Of a DNA stretch of 64,000 nt, positions 1 to 9,243 are shown one piece after another; positions within the stretch are counted from its first letter, which is position 1, and each line of letters starts with the position of its first letter. The stretch is from the NCBI GenBank assembly GCA_012515515.1, contig JAAYYE010000009.1:35818-99817 (forward strand), written 5' to 3'. The translations under genes and the position numbers were made by a program. Source of the stretch: Minisyncoccota bacterium. GTDB taxonomy: Bacteria; Patescibacteriota; Microgenomatia; UBA1400; PJMF01. Under the pieces are notes generated by a model. It saw nothing but the letters and a program-made list of their open reading frames with translations, was not told where the DNA came from and did not search any database.

Positions 1-1
1 T

Positions 2-220
2 CAAATTAATGCCAAAAATTTAATTTGGCGAAACAATGATCTTTTAGAATTAGATTTAGGAAAATCTTATTTGGTCATTTTGGACAAGCATGTTGATCCC
101 AAAGAAACAATCAAAAAATTAGCCCTAATTCTAGAGGATAAAACTGTTATTGATGAAATTCAGAAGCAGGGCGTTTTGGACCTGCGCTTTAATTTGCCAG
201 TAATTCGGGAAAAACCTTGA
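2..220 (+). CDS. ftsQ: FtsQ/DivIB-like cell division protein, C-terminal fragment (5' end outside window)
   Basis: Hand translation of frame 2 ends ...GVLDLRFNLPVIREKP* (TGA at 218-220). DLRF is the FtsQ C-terminal motif, and the ORF lies directly upstream of ftsA. Confidence 0.7.
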   Translation, partial: QINAKNLIWRNNDLLELDLGKSYLVILDKHVDPKETIKKLALILEDKTVIDEIQKQGVLDLRFNLPVIREKP

Positions 221-273
221 TTTTTTGTCCTCGACAGTAAACAGTTAATTCTGTATGATAATTATTGATCAAT

Positions 274-1590
274 ATGAGCAAGGGAAACATCATCAGCGCT
301 ATCGATTTGGGTACAGACAAGTGTGTGGCTCTAATTGCCAAAGTAAATGAATCCTCACAATTAGAAGTCTTAGGTTTTAGTGTTGTTCCTTCTCGTGGAA
401 TCAGACGCAGCACAATTGTTAATTTGGAAGAAGCATTAACCACTGTTGGTCAGAGTCTTGATGCGGCAGAACGAATGGCTGGTTTAGCGGTCAAAAATGT
501 GGTTTTGTCAGTCTCGGGAGTTTACATTCGTTATAAAAATTCTAAGGGAGTGGTGCCAGTTTCATCGCCCAATCAAGAAATTTCCTCTCTAGATGTTGAT
601 CGAGTCATCGAAGCAGCTAGAGCGATTTCTTTACCCAGTGAGCGAGAAATAATTCATGTCATTCCCAAAGATTTTAAAGTTGATTCTCAAGAAGGCATTA
701 AAGATCCGGTGGGGATGATGGGTGTTCGTTTAGAATCTGAAACTCATATTATTACTGGTCTTTCAACCAGTTTACGCAACTTTGAAAAATGTATGGGTGA
801 TTTAGGTTTAAATGTCGATGCCTTTGTTTTTTCAGCTTTATCTGCCAGTGAAATTGCCCTCACCGAAACCGAAAAAGAGCTGGGGGTGGTGCTAGTGGAC
901 ATTGGGGCAGGTACCACCAGCATTTGCGCTTTCGTAGAAGGCGTCTTGGAATTTTCCGCAGTGATTCCGGTGGGAGCTAAATATATTACTCAAGACATTG
1001 CCTCTGGTTTAAGGATTTCTCTAGAAGATGCAGAAAAATTAAAATTATATTTAAGCGGTGACGAAGAAGTTAAATTAGTGCCATTACCTGGAGAATCGAA
1101 AGTAGAGTTTACTAAACGGAAAAAGAAATTTGATCTAATTGATTCAGAAAAAATTGGGATTAGCAATCGAGATCCCATTTCTCGGAAGTTTGTCAGCGAC
1201 GTGGTTATGGAGCCTCGAATTAAAGAAATTTTCTCTTTAGTGATGGAGGAATTAGCCAAAGCGGGCCTATTGGATGACAATAAATTACCCGCTGGCATTG
1301 TTGTCACTGGCGGTGGCGCCCTAACTTACAATCTAGTAGAAATAGCGCGTCATATGACCAAAATGGCAGTAAGATTAGGCAAACCCAATAGCATCTTAGG
1401 TTTGACTGACGACATAAAAGAGGTTAACTTTGCTGTTGCTCTGGGACTGCTGGCATATGCCAAACGTCAAGGGAATGTTGGTCCTGGAGCTAGTGTTAGT
1501 GATTTTTCCCTAACAAACATTTTGCCAAAAGACTTGTTTAAAACGATTGCGGAAAAAGCTGGTACTTTATTTAAAAAAATTTTCCCTTAA
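274..1590 (+). CDS. ftsA: Cell division protein FtsA
   Basis: Actin-like ATPase motifs IDLGTDK, VDIGAGTT and VTGGGA; GMMGVRLE; upstream of ftsZ. Start moved to ATG 274. Confidence 0.97.
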   Translation: MSKGNIISAIDLGTDKCVALIAKVNESSQLEVLGFSVVPSRGIRRSTIVNLEEALTTVGQSLDAAERMAGLAVKNVVLSVSGVYIRYKNSKGVVPVSSPNQEISSLDVDRVIEAARAISLPSEREIIHVIPKDFKVDSQEGIKDPVGMMGVRLESETHIITGLSTSLRNFEKCMGDLGLNVDAFVFSALSASEIALTETEKELGVVLVDIGAGTTSICAFVEGVLEFSAVIPVGAKYITQDIASGLRISLEDAEKLKLYLSGDEEVKLVPLPGESKVEFTKRKKKFDLIDSEKIGISNRDPISRKFVSDVVMEPRIKEIFSLVMEELAKAGLLDDNKLPAGIVVTGGGALTYNLVEIARHMTKMAVRLGKPNSILGLTDDIKEVNFAVALGLLAYAKRQGNVGPGASVSDFSLTNILPKDLFKTIAEKAGTLFKKIFP

Positions 1591-1688
1591 TTTTTTTTAA
1601 AAAGTGCTTTTACTAGTTTACTTTTATGTTAAAATCAGGTAATTTAATTGTGATAGTTTGATATAAATAATAGCTATAATAAAGACCT

Positions 1689-2996
1689 ATGGCACTAGTT
1701 AAACCCTCAAATACCACCTTTGCAAAAATTAAAGTTGTTGGGATTGGCGGTGGTGGCAATAATGCGATTAATTCAATGATCCTCTCTAGAGAAATTAAAA
1801 ATGTCGAATTTATTGCGATTAATACCGATGCTCAGGCACTTTTAACTTCCAAAGCGGACACTAAATTACAAATTGGCAATAATTTTACCAGGGGTTTGGG
1901 GGCAGGAGCCGATCCTGAAGTTGGTCGAACAGCTGCAGAAGAAAGTCGAGAAAAAATCAAAGAATTATTATTTGATACTGATATGGTATTTATCACAGCG
2001 GGTATGGGCGGAGGAACTGGGACTGGTGCATCGCCAATTATTGCTGAAATTGCCAAAGAAACCGGTGCTTTAACCGTCTCGGTGGTGACTAAACCATTCG
2101 CTTTTGAGGGCGTGCGCAGGATGCAAACTGCTGAAGAAGGCATTGAATATCTCATTGACATGGTTGACACCCTCATTGTCATCCCCAATCAACGCTTATT
2201 AGAAGTCGTAGATAAAAAAATGACTTTTATTGATGCCTTCCGTTTGGCTGACAATGTCCTTGGTCAAGGCGTGAAAGGCATTTCAGATTTAATTACTACT
2301 GCCGGCATGATCAATGTTGATTTCGCTGATGTCAAAACCATTATGTCTGATTCTGGAACTGCCTTGATGGGTATTGGTGAGGCATCTGGTGAGGATCGAG
2401 CGGTGATGGCAGCGAGAATGGCCATTTCTTCTCCCCTTTTGGAGGTGTCAATTACTGGAGCTAAAGGCATTTTATACAATATTATTGGTGGCCCAGACAT
2501 GACCATGACCGAAGTGTCTGACGCATCATCAATTATTGCTGATAGTGCTGATGCTGATTCTGATATTATTTTTGGGGCGACCATTGATGAAAACATGGGT
2601 TCAAAAATTAAGATTAGCGTCATAGCCACTGGCTTTAGCGACAATTACAATGCGACCGGCACTCGCGCTCTATTTGGCGCTTATGGACGAGAATCGAAAA
2701 GAAAAATGGGCAATATTACTACGACTAGCCCAAAAACAAGTGTTGAGGAAGCAGTTGAAGAAGACAAAATTGACCGTGCTCCAGATGGATATACTCAACC
2801 GCAAACCATAGCCGATCGCAAACCTGCAAAAGAAGAAAAAATTGAAAGCAACAATCCTTTTGTTAGAAGTGCTTTATTTAATTTAAAAAAAGACCACAAG
2901 CCTAAGCAAGAAGACCAATCAGACAAAAAAGAAGATGCGGAAAACGATGATGAATTTGGTGAGTTTGAGGTGCCAGCTTTTTTGAGAAATAAATAG
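1689..2996 (+). CDS. ftsZ: Cell division protein FtsZ
   Basis: GGGTGTG tubulin motif, NVDFADV, C-terminal peptide EVPAFLR. Confidence 0.99.
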   Translation: MALVKPSNTTFAKIKVVGIGGGGNNAINSMILSREIKNVEFIAINTDAQALLTSKADTKLQIGNNFTRGLGAGADPEVGRTAAEESREKIKELLFDTDMVFITAGMGGGTGTGASPIIAEIAKETGALTVSVVTKPFAFEGVRRMQTAEEGIEYLIDMVDTLIVIPNQRLLEVVDKKMTFIDAFRLADNVLGQGVKGISDLITTAGMINVDFADVKTIMSDSGTALMGIGEASGEDRAVMAARMAISSPLLEVSITGAKGILYNIIGGPDMTMTEVSDASSIIADSADADSDIIFGATIDENMGSKIKISVIATGFSDNYNATGTRALFGAYGRESKRKMGNITTTSPKTSVEEAVEEDKIDRAPDGYTQPQTIADRKPAKEEKIESNNPFVRSALFNLKKDHKPKQEDQSDKKEDAENDDEFGEFEVPAFLRNK

Positions 2997-3009
2997 TAGC
3001 TAAATTTTC

Positions 3010-3018
3010 TGTTATAAT
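3010..3018 (+). promoter_or_regulatory. Extended -10 promoter (TGnTATAAT) for the ileS leader
   Basis: TGTTATAAT ends 11 nt before T-box Stem I. Confidence 0.75.
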
Positions 3019-3029
3019 AAAAGAAGAAA

Positions 3030-3214
3030 GCCGTTTGAGTCAGTGATCATCTGACGAGGCGCTCGCAGAAATTTGACCAGTTAGTTGTGTCAAAAAGTAG
3101 AACGAGCCGCAGTGACTGCGTAATAGTCAAAATTGAGTAGTGATAGGGCTGGTACCTTTGCTTTTAGCAAGCCTTATTAATCCGTTAAGCAACGAGATTT
3201 AATAAGGTTTTTTT
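3030..3214 (+). ncRNA. T-box riboswitch (Ile, AUC specifier), ultrashort Stem I, transcriptional attenuator
   Basis: K-turn Stem I at 3030-3060 with loop UGAUCAU. Stem II at 3061-3107 with AGUA/GAA S-turn. IIA/B pseudoknot at 3108-3129. Antiterminator AGGGC-UGGUACC-UUUGC...GCAA-GCCUU at 3145-3175. Overlapping terminator at 3171-3214. Located directly 5' of ileS. Confidence 0.92.
3171..3214 (+). terminator. Intrinsic terminator of the ileS T-box leader
   Basis: GCCTTATTAA (3171-3180) pairs with TTAATAAGGT (3199-3208), with an inner CGTT/AACG stem, followed by a T-tract ending at 3214. Confidence 0.88.
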
Positions 3215-3229
3215 GTATAAAAAGGCAAT

Positions 3230-6157
3230 ATGAAACAGCTAGAAATTAAAGACTATAAACAAGCACCAGACCTAGCTTTACTAGAAGAAAAAGTTCTAGA
3301 ATTTTGGGAAAAAGAACAAGTCTTCGCATCATCTCTTGAACAAAGACGGGGGGCTGAAAAATTTTCTTTTTATGATGGACCTCCTTTTGCTACCGGATTA
3401 CCTCATTACGGTCATTTAATGCAATCAATGATTAAGGATTCAATCCCTCGTTATCAAACGATGAAGGGTAAATATGTGAGGCGAGTTTGGGGCTGGGATT
3501 GTCACGGTTTACCAATTGAAAACTTAATTGAACAAGAATTGAAGCTCAAAGATAAACAAGCCATCGAAGATTATGGCGTAGCTAATTTTAACCAAGCCTG
3601 TCGAGCTAGAGTCTTAACTTATGCTGAGGATTGGAAAAAAACTATCAATAGAATCGGTCGATTCATTGATATGGAAAATGCCTATAAAACGATGGACAAA
3701 AGCTACATGGAAAGTGTGTGGTGGGTCTTTAAAGAACTTTTTGATAAAGGCTTGATTTATCAAAGTCATAAAGCGATGCACATTTGCCCTCATTGCAGTA
3801 CTCCCCTCTCAAATTTTGAAGTTAGTCAGGCCTATAAAGATGTTAAAGATTTGGCTTTAACAGTCAAATTTAAATTAGATCTTGAAGATGAGGAGATCTA
3901 TTTACTCAGTTGGACAACGACGGCTTGGACGCTGCCAGGTAATATGTTTTTGGCAGTCAATCCAAGATTAGATTATGTCTTAGTTAAAATCGCTGATCAT
4001 CCAGAAAAATATTATTTGGCTAAATCTCGTTTAGAAGCGGTTTTTGCTGATCAAGACTATCAAATTCTGAAAACTGTTAAGGGTCAAGAGCTAATTGGCT
4101 TGAATTATCAGTCAGTTTTCCCTTATTTTATGAATTTAAAAACTGATCAAGATTTGCCCGATGAAGCAAGAAAGTTATTGTTCACTGTTCAGGCTGGTGA
4201 TTTTGTCAATTTAGAAGAGGGCACGGGTATTGTGCACGTGGCTCCAGCTTTTGGCGAAGATGATTATCGATTGGGAGAAAGTTTATTGCATTTTTCACAG
4301 CTTGATACTGCAGTTAAAAACAAGCTTTTTATTCAACATGTAGATATGAGCGGGCGCTTTACTAAGGCAGTGAGCGATTTTGCAGGACTTGAGGTCAAAC
4401 CGAAAAACGAAATTCAAGCGACTGACATTAAAATTATTCAATATTTAGCCAAAAAATCATTATTATTTGCTAAAAAACAATTTACCCACAGTTATCCTCA
4501 TTGTTGGCGTTGTGATTCGCCTTTATTAAATTACGCGACTAGTTCTTGGTTTGTCGCAGTTAGTTCTTTTAAAGAGCAATTATTGAAAAATAATCAGGCT
4601 ATTAATTGGCAACCAACACATATTAAAGAAGGTCGTTTTGGTCATTGGTTAGCCGATGCTAGAGATTGGGCAATTTCGCGCAATCGTTTTTGGGGAACTC
4701 CCCTCCCTCTGTGGCAGAGTGATGACGGTGAATTAATCTGTGTTGGTAGTAGTCAGGAATTGGCAGCTTTGTCTGGGCACAAGCTTGATGATTTACACAA
4801 AGAGTTTGTGGATCAGATTGTCATTAAAAAAGATGGCAAGGAATTCAAGCATTTGCCAGAAGTCTTAGATTGTTGGTTTGAATCTGGAGCTATGCCTTAT
4901 GCTCAATTCAATTATCCTTTTGCTAATCAAGATTTGTTTGAACAGAATTTTCCAGCTAATTTTATTGCTGAAGGTCAGGATCAGACTCGAGGTTGGTTTT
5001 ATACATTGCACGTCTTAGCCACAGCTTTAACCATGGCTAATGAAAAACAGCAATCAAGTCTGAATAAAGCAGCGAGCAGTGCTTTTGCCAATGTGATGTG
5101 TACTGGTTTAATTATGGCCAGTGATGGCAAAAAAATGAGTAAGCGCTTAAATAATTATCCAGAACCAGAGTTAATTATTGATAAATATGGAGCCGATAGT
5201 TTGCGCTTATATCTATTGTCATCAGCCGCAGTCAAGGCTGAAACCTTAAATTTTGCTGAACAAGAAGTGGCAGATGTGCGCCGACGAGTGTTTTTGATTT
5301 GGTGGAATATTTTGGCTTTTTATCAAAGTTTTGCTCAAAAAAATCTTGAGCAGCTAGATTTGCAAAAAGTGACAAAAATCGACCATGTTTTAGATCGCTG
5401 GTTATTATCAAAGCTTAGCACTCTAAGCGAACAATTAAGCACACATTTAGATAAGTTCGATGTGATGCGTGCGACTCGACTAGTAGCCCCCTTTATCAAT
5501 GATTTTTCAACTTGGTACTTGAGATTATCTAGAGATCGTTTCAAGGCGAATCAAAGTGCACAAGCCGCTCAAGTTTTTGCGACAGTGATTAATGTATCAG
5601 CCCAATTGTTTGCTCCACTCACACCTTTTTTTAGCGAAATTGTTTATCAACAGCTACATACAACTGGCAAATCGGTTCATTTATGCGACTATCCAGACAT
5701 CCAATCGTATCAAGATCTGGAATTAGAAAAACAAATGGCCGAATTAAGACAATTGGTGGAATTGGGTCATGCTCAAAGAAAAACTGCAAAAATGCCTCTG
5801 CGTCAACCTTTAGCTTCAGTAAGTTTTAATAAAGCAGCGAGTTTTATGGGCAATGCTGAATTAGAAGCGATCCTCAAACAAGAGTTAAATGTTAAAGCTG
5901 TTAATTGGGGTCAAGAAACCACAGCTGATATGCGGGTCGACTTTGATTTAGAGCTTAATGAAGATCTCAGGGCAGAGGGCGAAGCCCGAGTTATTATCAG
6001 GCGCATTCAAACTTGGCGCAAGCAAGCTAATTTAGCAATTGATGAGCAAACTAAGGTTTATTTAAAAACCTGGCCCAATCAGTTTACTAAAATGATTGAA
6101 GAGAAAAGCAATAGTCAATTAGTGAGAGCCCAAATCGAAGGCCTGCAAGAGTTGTAA
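3230..6157 (+). CDS. ileS: Isoleucine--tRNA ligase, type 2 (IleRS2)
   Basis: DGPPFATGLPHYGH, GWDCHGLP, WAISRNRFWGTP, KMSKR; no IleRS1-type C-terminal zinc finger. Confidence 0.97.
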   Translation: MKQLEIKDYKQAPDLALLEEKVLEFWEKEQVFASSLEQRRGAEKFSFYDGPPFATGLPHYGHLMQSMIKDSIPRYQTMKGKYVRRVWGWDCHGLPIENLIEQELKLKDKQAIEDYGVANFNQACRARVLTYAEDWKKTINRIGRFIDMENAYKTMDKSYMESVWWVFKELFDKGLIYQSHKAMHICPHCSTPLSNFEVSQAYKDVKDLALTVKFKLDLEDEEIYLLSWTTTAWTLPGNMFLAVNPRLDYVLVKIADHPEKYYLAKSRLEAVFADQDYQILKTVKGQELIGLNYQSVFPYFMNLKTDQDLPDEARKLLFTVQAGDFVNLEEGTGIVHVAPAFGEDDYRLGESLLHFSQLDTAVKNKLFIQHVDMSGRFTKAVSDFAGLEVKPKNEIQATDIKIIQYLAKKSLLFAKKQFTHSYPHCWRCDSPLLNYATSSWFVAVSSFKEQLLKNNQAINWQPTHIKEGRFGHWLADARDWAISRNRFWGTPLPLWQSDDGELICVGSSQELAALSGHKLDDLHKEFVDQIVIKKDGKEFKHLPEVLDCWFESGAMPYAQFNYPFANQDLFEQNFPANFIAEGQDQTRGWFYTLHVLATALTMANEKQQSSLNKAASSAFANVMCTGLIMASDGKKMSKRLNNYPEPELIIDKYGADSLRLYLLSSAAVKAETLNFAEQEVADVRRRVFLIWWNILAFYQSFAQKNLEQLDLQKVTKIDHVLDRWLLSKLSTLSEQLSTHLDKFDVMRATRLVAPFINDFSTWYLRLSRDRFKANQSAQAAQVFATVINVSAQLFAPLTPFFSEIVYQQLHTTGKSVHLCDYPDIQSYQDLELEKQMAELRQLVELGHAQRKTAKMPLRQPLASVSFNKAASFMGNAELEAILKQELNVKAVNWGQETTADMRVDFDLELNEDLRAEGEARVIIRRIQTWRKQANLAIDEQTKVYLKTWPNQFTKMIEEKSNSQLVRAQIEGLQEL

Positions 6158-6215
6158 AAGCACTTTTTCTTTAATCAGCATTGAAAAAAAAGAAACTTTG
6201 TTTTAGTCTGTAGAA

Positions 6216-7331
6216 GTGCGAAAGTATTTTTTAACGACCCTGCTGTTCTTATTGATGATTGTCGCTTTGGTGACTTTAAGAAGCATTGCTCCCGATTTAT
6301 TAAACGTTCAGTTATTGGCTTACGTCTTGGGTTTTTTACTTTTCTTTATTTTATCGAGAGTGAACATAAACTATTGGTGGCGAGCGAGTGCTTATTTATA
6401 TTGCTTGCTTAATCTGCTTTTATTGGGCTTATTAATCTGGGGACGAACAACCAGGGGTATAGTTGCTTGGATTAACTTACCCTTTGGTTTACGCTTTCAG
6501 CCATCACAATTAGCAGTGCCAATTACCGCTTTATATCTATCTAGCTTTTTTAAAAAGCAAAATCAGAAAAGTAAAGAAAAACAACTATCCTGGCCTGAAA
6601 CAATAAAAATTTTATTAATCATTCTCTTGCCTGCCTTATTGATCAATTTACAACCGGATTTGGGGACAGCAATGGTTTTCTTATTAGCCTTATTGGTTTT
6701 TATTTTTTATAACCCCATCGGTTGGAAAAAAATTGCTATTTTTGCTGGTCTGTCTATATTGTTGGTGGCTATTGCTTGGTTCTTTGTCTTAGCTGATTAT
6801 CAGAAATCCCGATTAAGTAGTTTTTTGTTTTTTACTAGTCCTGAAAAAAGCCTAAGTAGTGATTTTACTCAAGAAAGCAGTGCTGCTTATAATGCGCGCC
6901 AGTCAGTGATTGCTGTGGGCGCTGGGCAGCTTTGGGGCCAGGGATTAGGTCAGGGGACGCAGTCCCATTTAAAATTCTTGCCAGAAAGGCAGACTGATTT
7001 TATTTTTGCCTCATTTGTTGAAGAATGGGGTTTTTTAGGCTCTTTGCTAATCTTGGGTTTATATTTTTCTTTATTAGGTTTTATTTTGTATCTAACTTAT
7101 CATGAGGAGAATCGAGCTAAACAATTATATTTGTTGACAATTTTTAGCATGCTCTTGGTGCAAATTTTTATTAATATTGGTATGAATTTAGCTCTGTTAC
7201 CAATCACAGGTATTACCCTGCCCTTTTTATCTTATGGTGGTAGTAGCATTTTGGCCTTATTTTTTTCTTTAGCCCCGCTACAAAACATTATCGAAGAAGA
7301 AGAAAAGCTAGCAAGCTCAATCTTTCAATAG
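6216..7331 (+). CDS. rodA: SEDS family peptidoglycan polymerase (RodA/FtsW)
   Basis: Multi-pass membrane protein with QPDLGT, LPERQTDFIF and LPFLSYGGSS. Confidence 0.88.
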   Translation: MRKYFLTTLLFLLMIVALVTLRSIAPDLLNVQLLAYVLGFLLFFILSRVNINYWWRASAYLYCLLNLLLLGLLIWGRTTRGIVAWINLPFGLRFQPSQLAVPITALYLSSFFKKQNQKSKEKQLSWPETIKILLIILLPALLINLQPDLGTAMVFLLALLVFIFYNPIGWKKIAIFAGLSILLVAIAWFFVLADYQKSRLSSFLFFTSPEKSLSSDFTQESSAAYNARQSVIAVGAGQLWGQGLGQGTQSHLKFLPERQTDFIFASFVEEWGFLGSLLILGLYFSLLGFILYLTYHEENRAKQLYLLTIFSMLLVQIFINIGMNLALLPITGITLPFLSYGGSSILALFFSLAPLQNIIEEEEKLASSIFQ

Positions 7332-7361
7332 TTTTAGTATATGTTATAATCACAATTCGTT

Positions 7362-7673
7362 ATGAAATACGCTATTATTCAATTACAAGGCAAACAATTC
7401 CAAGTCAGTGAAGGTGATCAAATTACTGTTGATCGACTAGATAAGGCAGAAGGTGAAAAATTTTCAGTAAGCGATGTTTTATTGCTTGTTGATGGTGATA
7501 AGCGCAAAATTGGCCAACCCATTGTCAAATCAGCCAAGGTTGATTGTGAAGTTGTGGCAAACAATAAAGGCGAAAAAATTCGCGTAGCCAAATATAAAGC
7601 TAAATCTCGTCATCGAAAAGTCCAAGGTCACCGTCAGCTACAAAGCTTGGTTAAAATTTTGCAAATTACTTAG
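7362..7673 (+). CDS. rplU: 50S ribosomal protein L21
   Basis: MKYAIIQLQGKQFQV...GHRQ; TGTTATAAT promoter at 7342-7350. Confidence 0.97.
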   Translation: MKYAIIQLQGKQFQVSEGDQITVDRLDKAEGEKFSVSDVLLLVDGDKRKIGQPIVKSAKVDCEVVANNKGEKIRVAKYKAKSRHRKVQGHRQLQSLVKILQIT

Positions 7674-7678
7674 GACCT

Positions 7679-8863
7679 ATGTCCAAATTCTTATTTTTGT
7701 TTGGTAATACTCCTCAGCTATCATTGTTGGAGTTAAACAGTGTCTATCCTCAATTAAAGGCTCAATTATTGAGTGCTGAAGGTGAGCTGGCTAATCGTCT
7801 GGCTGTAGCAGAGATGACCGATGAAGAATTTAAAAAAGCCGACTTCATCAACAAACTCGGTGGCTTAGTCAAAATTTTTCAACTAGAAAAAACCTTAAAC
7901 AAGTCTAGCGATTTAACAAGCTTAAAAAACGCTGTAGTTGATTGCTTGATTAGCAAGAGTCATCAACCTTATTTTAGTATTTATCAAAAAGGCAAAGGGC
8001 AAAAAGCTATTAATCATGCCCAAATTAAAGATTTGTTGAAAGAAAGGGGTTATCGCTCTCGTTATTTCAAGGGTTCATTTGAGGGTAGTGCTTTTGCTCT
8101 GCATCAAGAAGCCAGCCAAGAAATTTTCCTTTACCACGATCAGGAGGCTATTTATCTTAGTTATTTAGTCGCTGTGCAAGATATTGATGATTGGACTAAG
8201 CGCGATCGATCCAAGCCCTATTTCGATCGAAAGAAGGGCATGTTGCCCCCAAAAGTAGCTCGGATGTTGGTCAACATTGCTGGCAGCTTATATTTAAGTG
8301 AACAAAAAAATCAATCAGCCGCAAAAATCAAGTTGATTGATCCATTTTGTGGCACGGGCACGATTTTAATCGAGGCTTTAAATCTTGGTCACCAAGTTTA
8401 CGGAGCAGATTTAGACGAACAAGCAGTTTGGGGAAGCAGACAAAATTTAGATTGGTTTAGCAATGAATATAATTTGCCCAGGCAAAATTTTGCGGAACAA
8501 ATCTTTGTGGCCGATGTTGGCCAACTCAATGCTGAAAAAGTGGCAGGTAAAAAGTTCGATCTCTTGGTGACTGAACCATTTTTAGGTAGACAAACACCCA
8601 AAGAAGAAGAATTAGCTAATATTTTTAAAGGTTTGAGTAAATTGTATTTAGGAGCTTTTAATAATTTCAGTAAAATTCTTAATCCCGGCGCCAAAGTAGC
8701 GATAATTTTTCCTAAAGTTGTGGCTGAGCATCGGGTTTTTTCTCTCGATCATTTAATTGACAAATTAAATGCAAAAGGCTACAATCTTGTAGTTTCACCT
8801 CTACTCTATGCTCGTCAAGGAGCCAGGGTTCAGCGCGAAGTTTATTTTTTTAATTTTAAATAA
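7679..8863 (+). CDS. Trm11/UPF0020-like SAM-dependent RNA methyltransferase
   Basis: LPPKVARMLVN, DPFCGTGTILIEA (motif I), TEPFLG in place of the NPPY/DPPY motif IV. Confidence 0.75.
   Translation: MSKFLFLFGNTPQLSLLELNSVYPQLKAQLLSAEGELANRLAVAEMTDEEFKKADFINKLGGLVKIFQLEKTLNKSSDLTSLKNAVVDCLISKSHQPYFSIYQKGKGQKAINHAQIKDLLKERGYRSRYFKGSFEGSAFALHQEASQEIFLYHDQEAIYLSYLVAVQDIDDWTKRDRSKPYFDRKKGMLPPKVARMLVNIAGSLYLSEQKNQSAAKIKLIDPFCGTGTILIEALNLGHQVYGADLDEQAVWGSRQNLDWFSNEYNLPRQNFAEQIFVADVGQLNAEKVAGKKFDLLVTEPFLGRQTPKEEELANIFKGLSKLYLGAFNNFSKILNPGAKVAIIFPKVVAEHRVFSLDHLIDKLNAKGYNLVVSPLLYARQGARVQREVYFFNFK
8757..8785 (+). promoter_or_regulatory. Internal sigma70 promoter for rpmA
   Basis: TTGACA (8757-8762), 17-nt spacer, TACAAT (8780-8785), inside the 3' end of the methyltransferase gene. 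Confidence 0.7.
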
Positions 8864-8871
8864 AGGGAAAT

Positions 8872-9132
8872 ATGGCACACGTTAAAGGTTCAGGTAGCGT
8901 TACACAACACGCACAAGGTTCAAGACCAGGTCGTCGTTTTGGTTTAAAAAAATTTGGTGGCCAAGATATTAAAGTCGGTCAAATAATTTTGCGACAAAAA
9001 GGCGCAAAATATAAAGCTGGTGCAGGTGCCAAAATGGGTAAAGATTACACGGTTTTTGCCATGATTGATGGTGCGGTTAATTTCACCAAGCGTTGGGGCA
9101 AAACTGTGGTTCGAGTCTTGCCTAAAAAGTAA
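8872..9132 (+). CDS. rpmA: 50S ribosomal protein L27 (short form, no N-terminal extension)
   Basis: MAHVKGSGS...GLKKFGGQ...IILRQKG. Confidence 0.97.
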   Translation: MAHVKGSGSVTQHAQGSRPGRRFGLKKFGGQDIKVGQIILRQKGAKYKAGAGAKMGKDYTVFAMIDGAVNFTKRWGKTVVRVLPKK

Positions 9133-9243
9133 TTTTTTCGCTTTTTCCTCTGGTAATTTTCACGTCTTAGTGGATTTAGTGTTTTTGTGAAAACTGTGAA
9201 ACAAACTCTAGGCAAAATTGATATACTGTGTTATATATAGAGT

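Noticed and set aside
189-2644. Antisense and alternate-frame ORFs over ftsA and ftsZ, and similar short ORFs throughout the window
   Set aside because: They are shadows of well-supported genes and carry no recognisable motifs.
6160-6195. Possible terminator after ileS
   Set aside because: The stem is almost all A/T with mismatches, too weak to call.
9156-9203. parS-like half sites (TTTTCACGT, TGTGAAACA) upstream of parB
   Set aside because: They do not form the contiguous 16-bp TGTTTCACGTGAAACA palindrome; only separated half matches are present.
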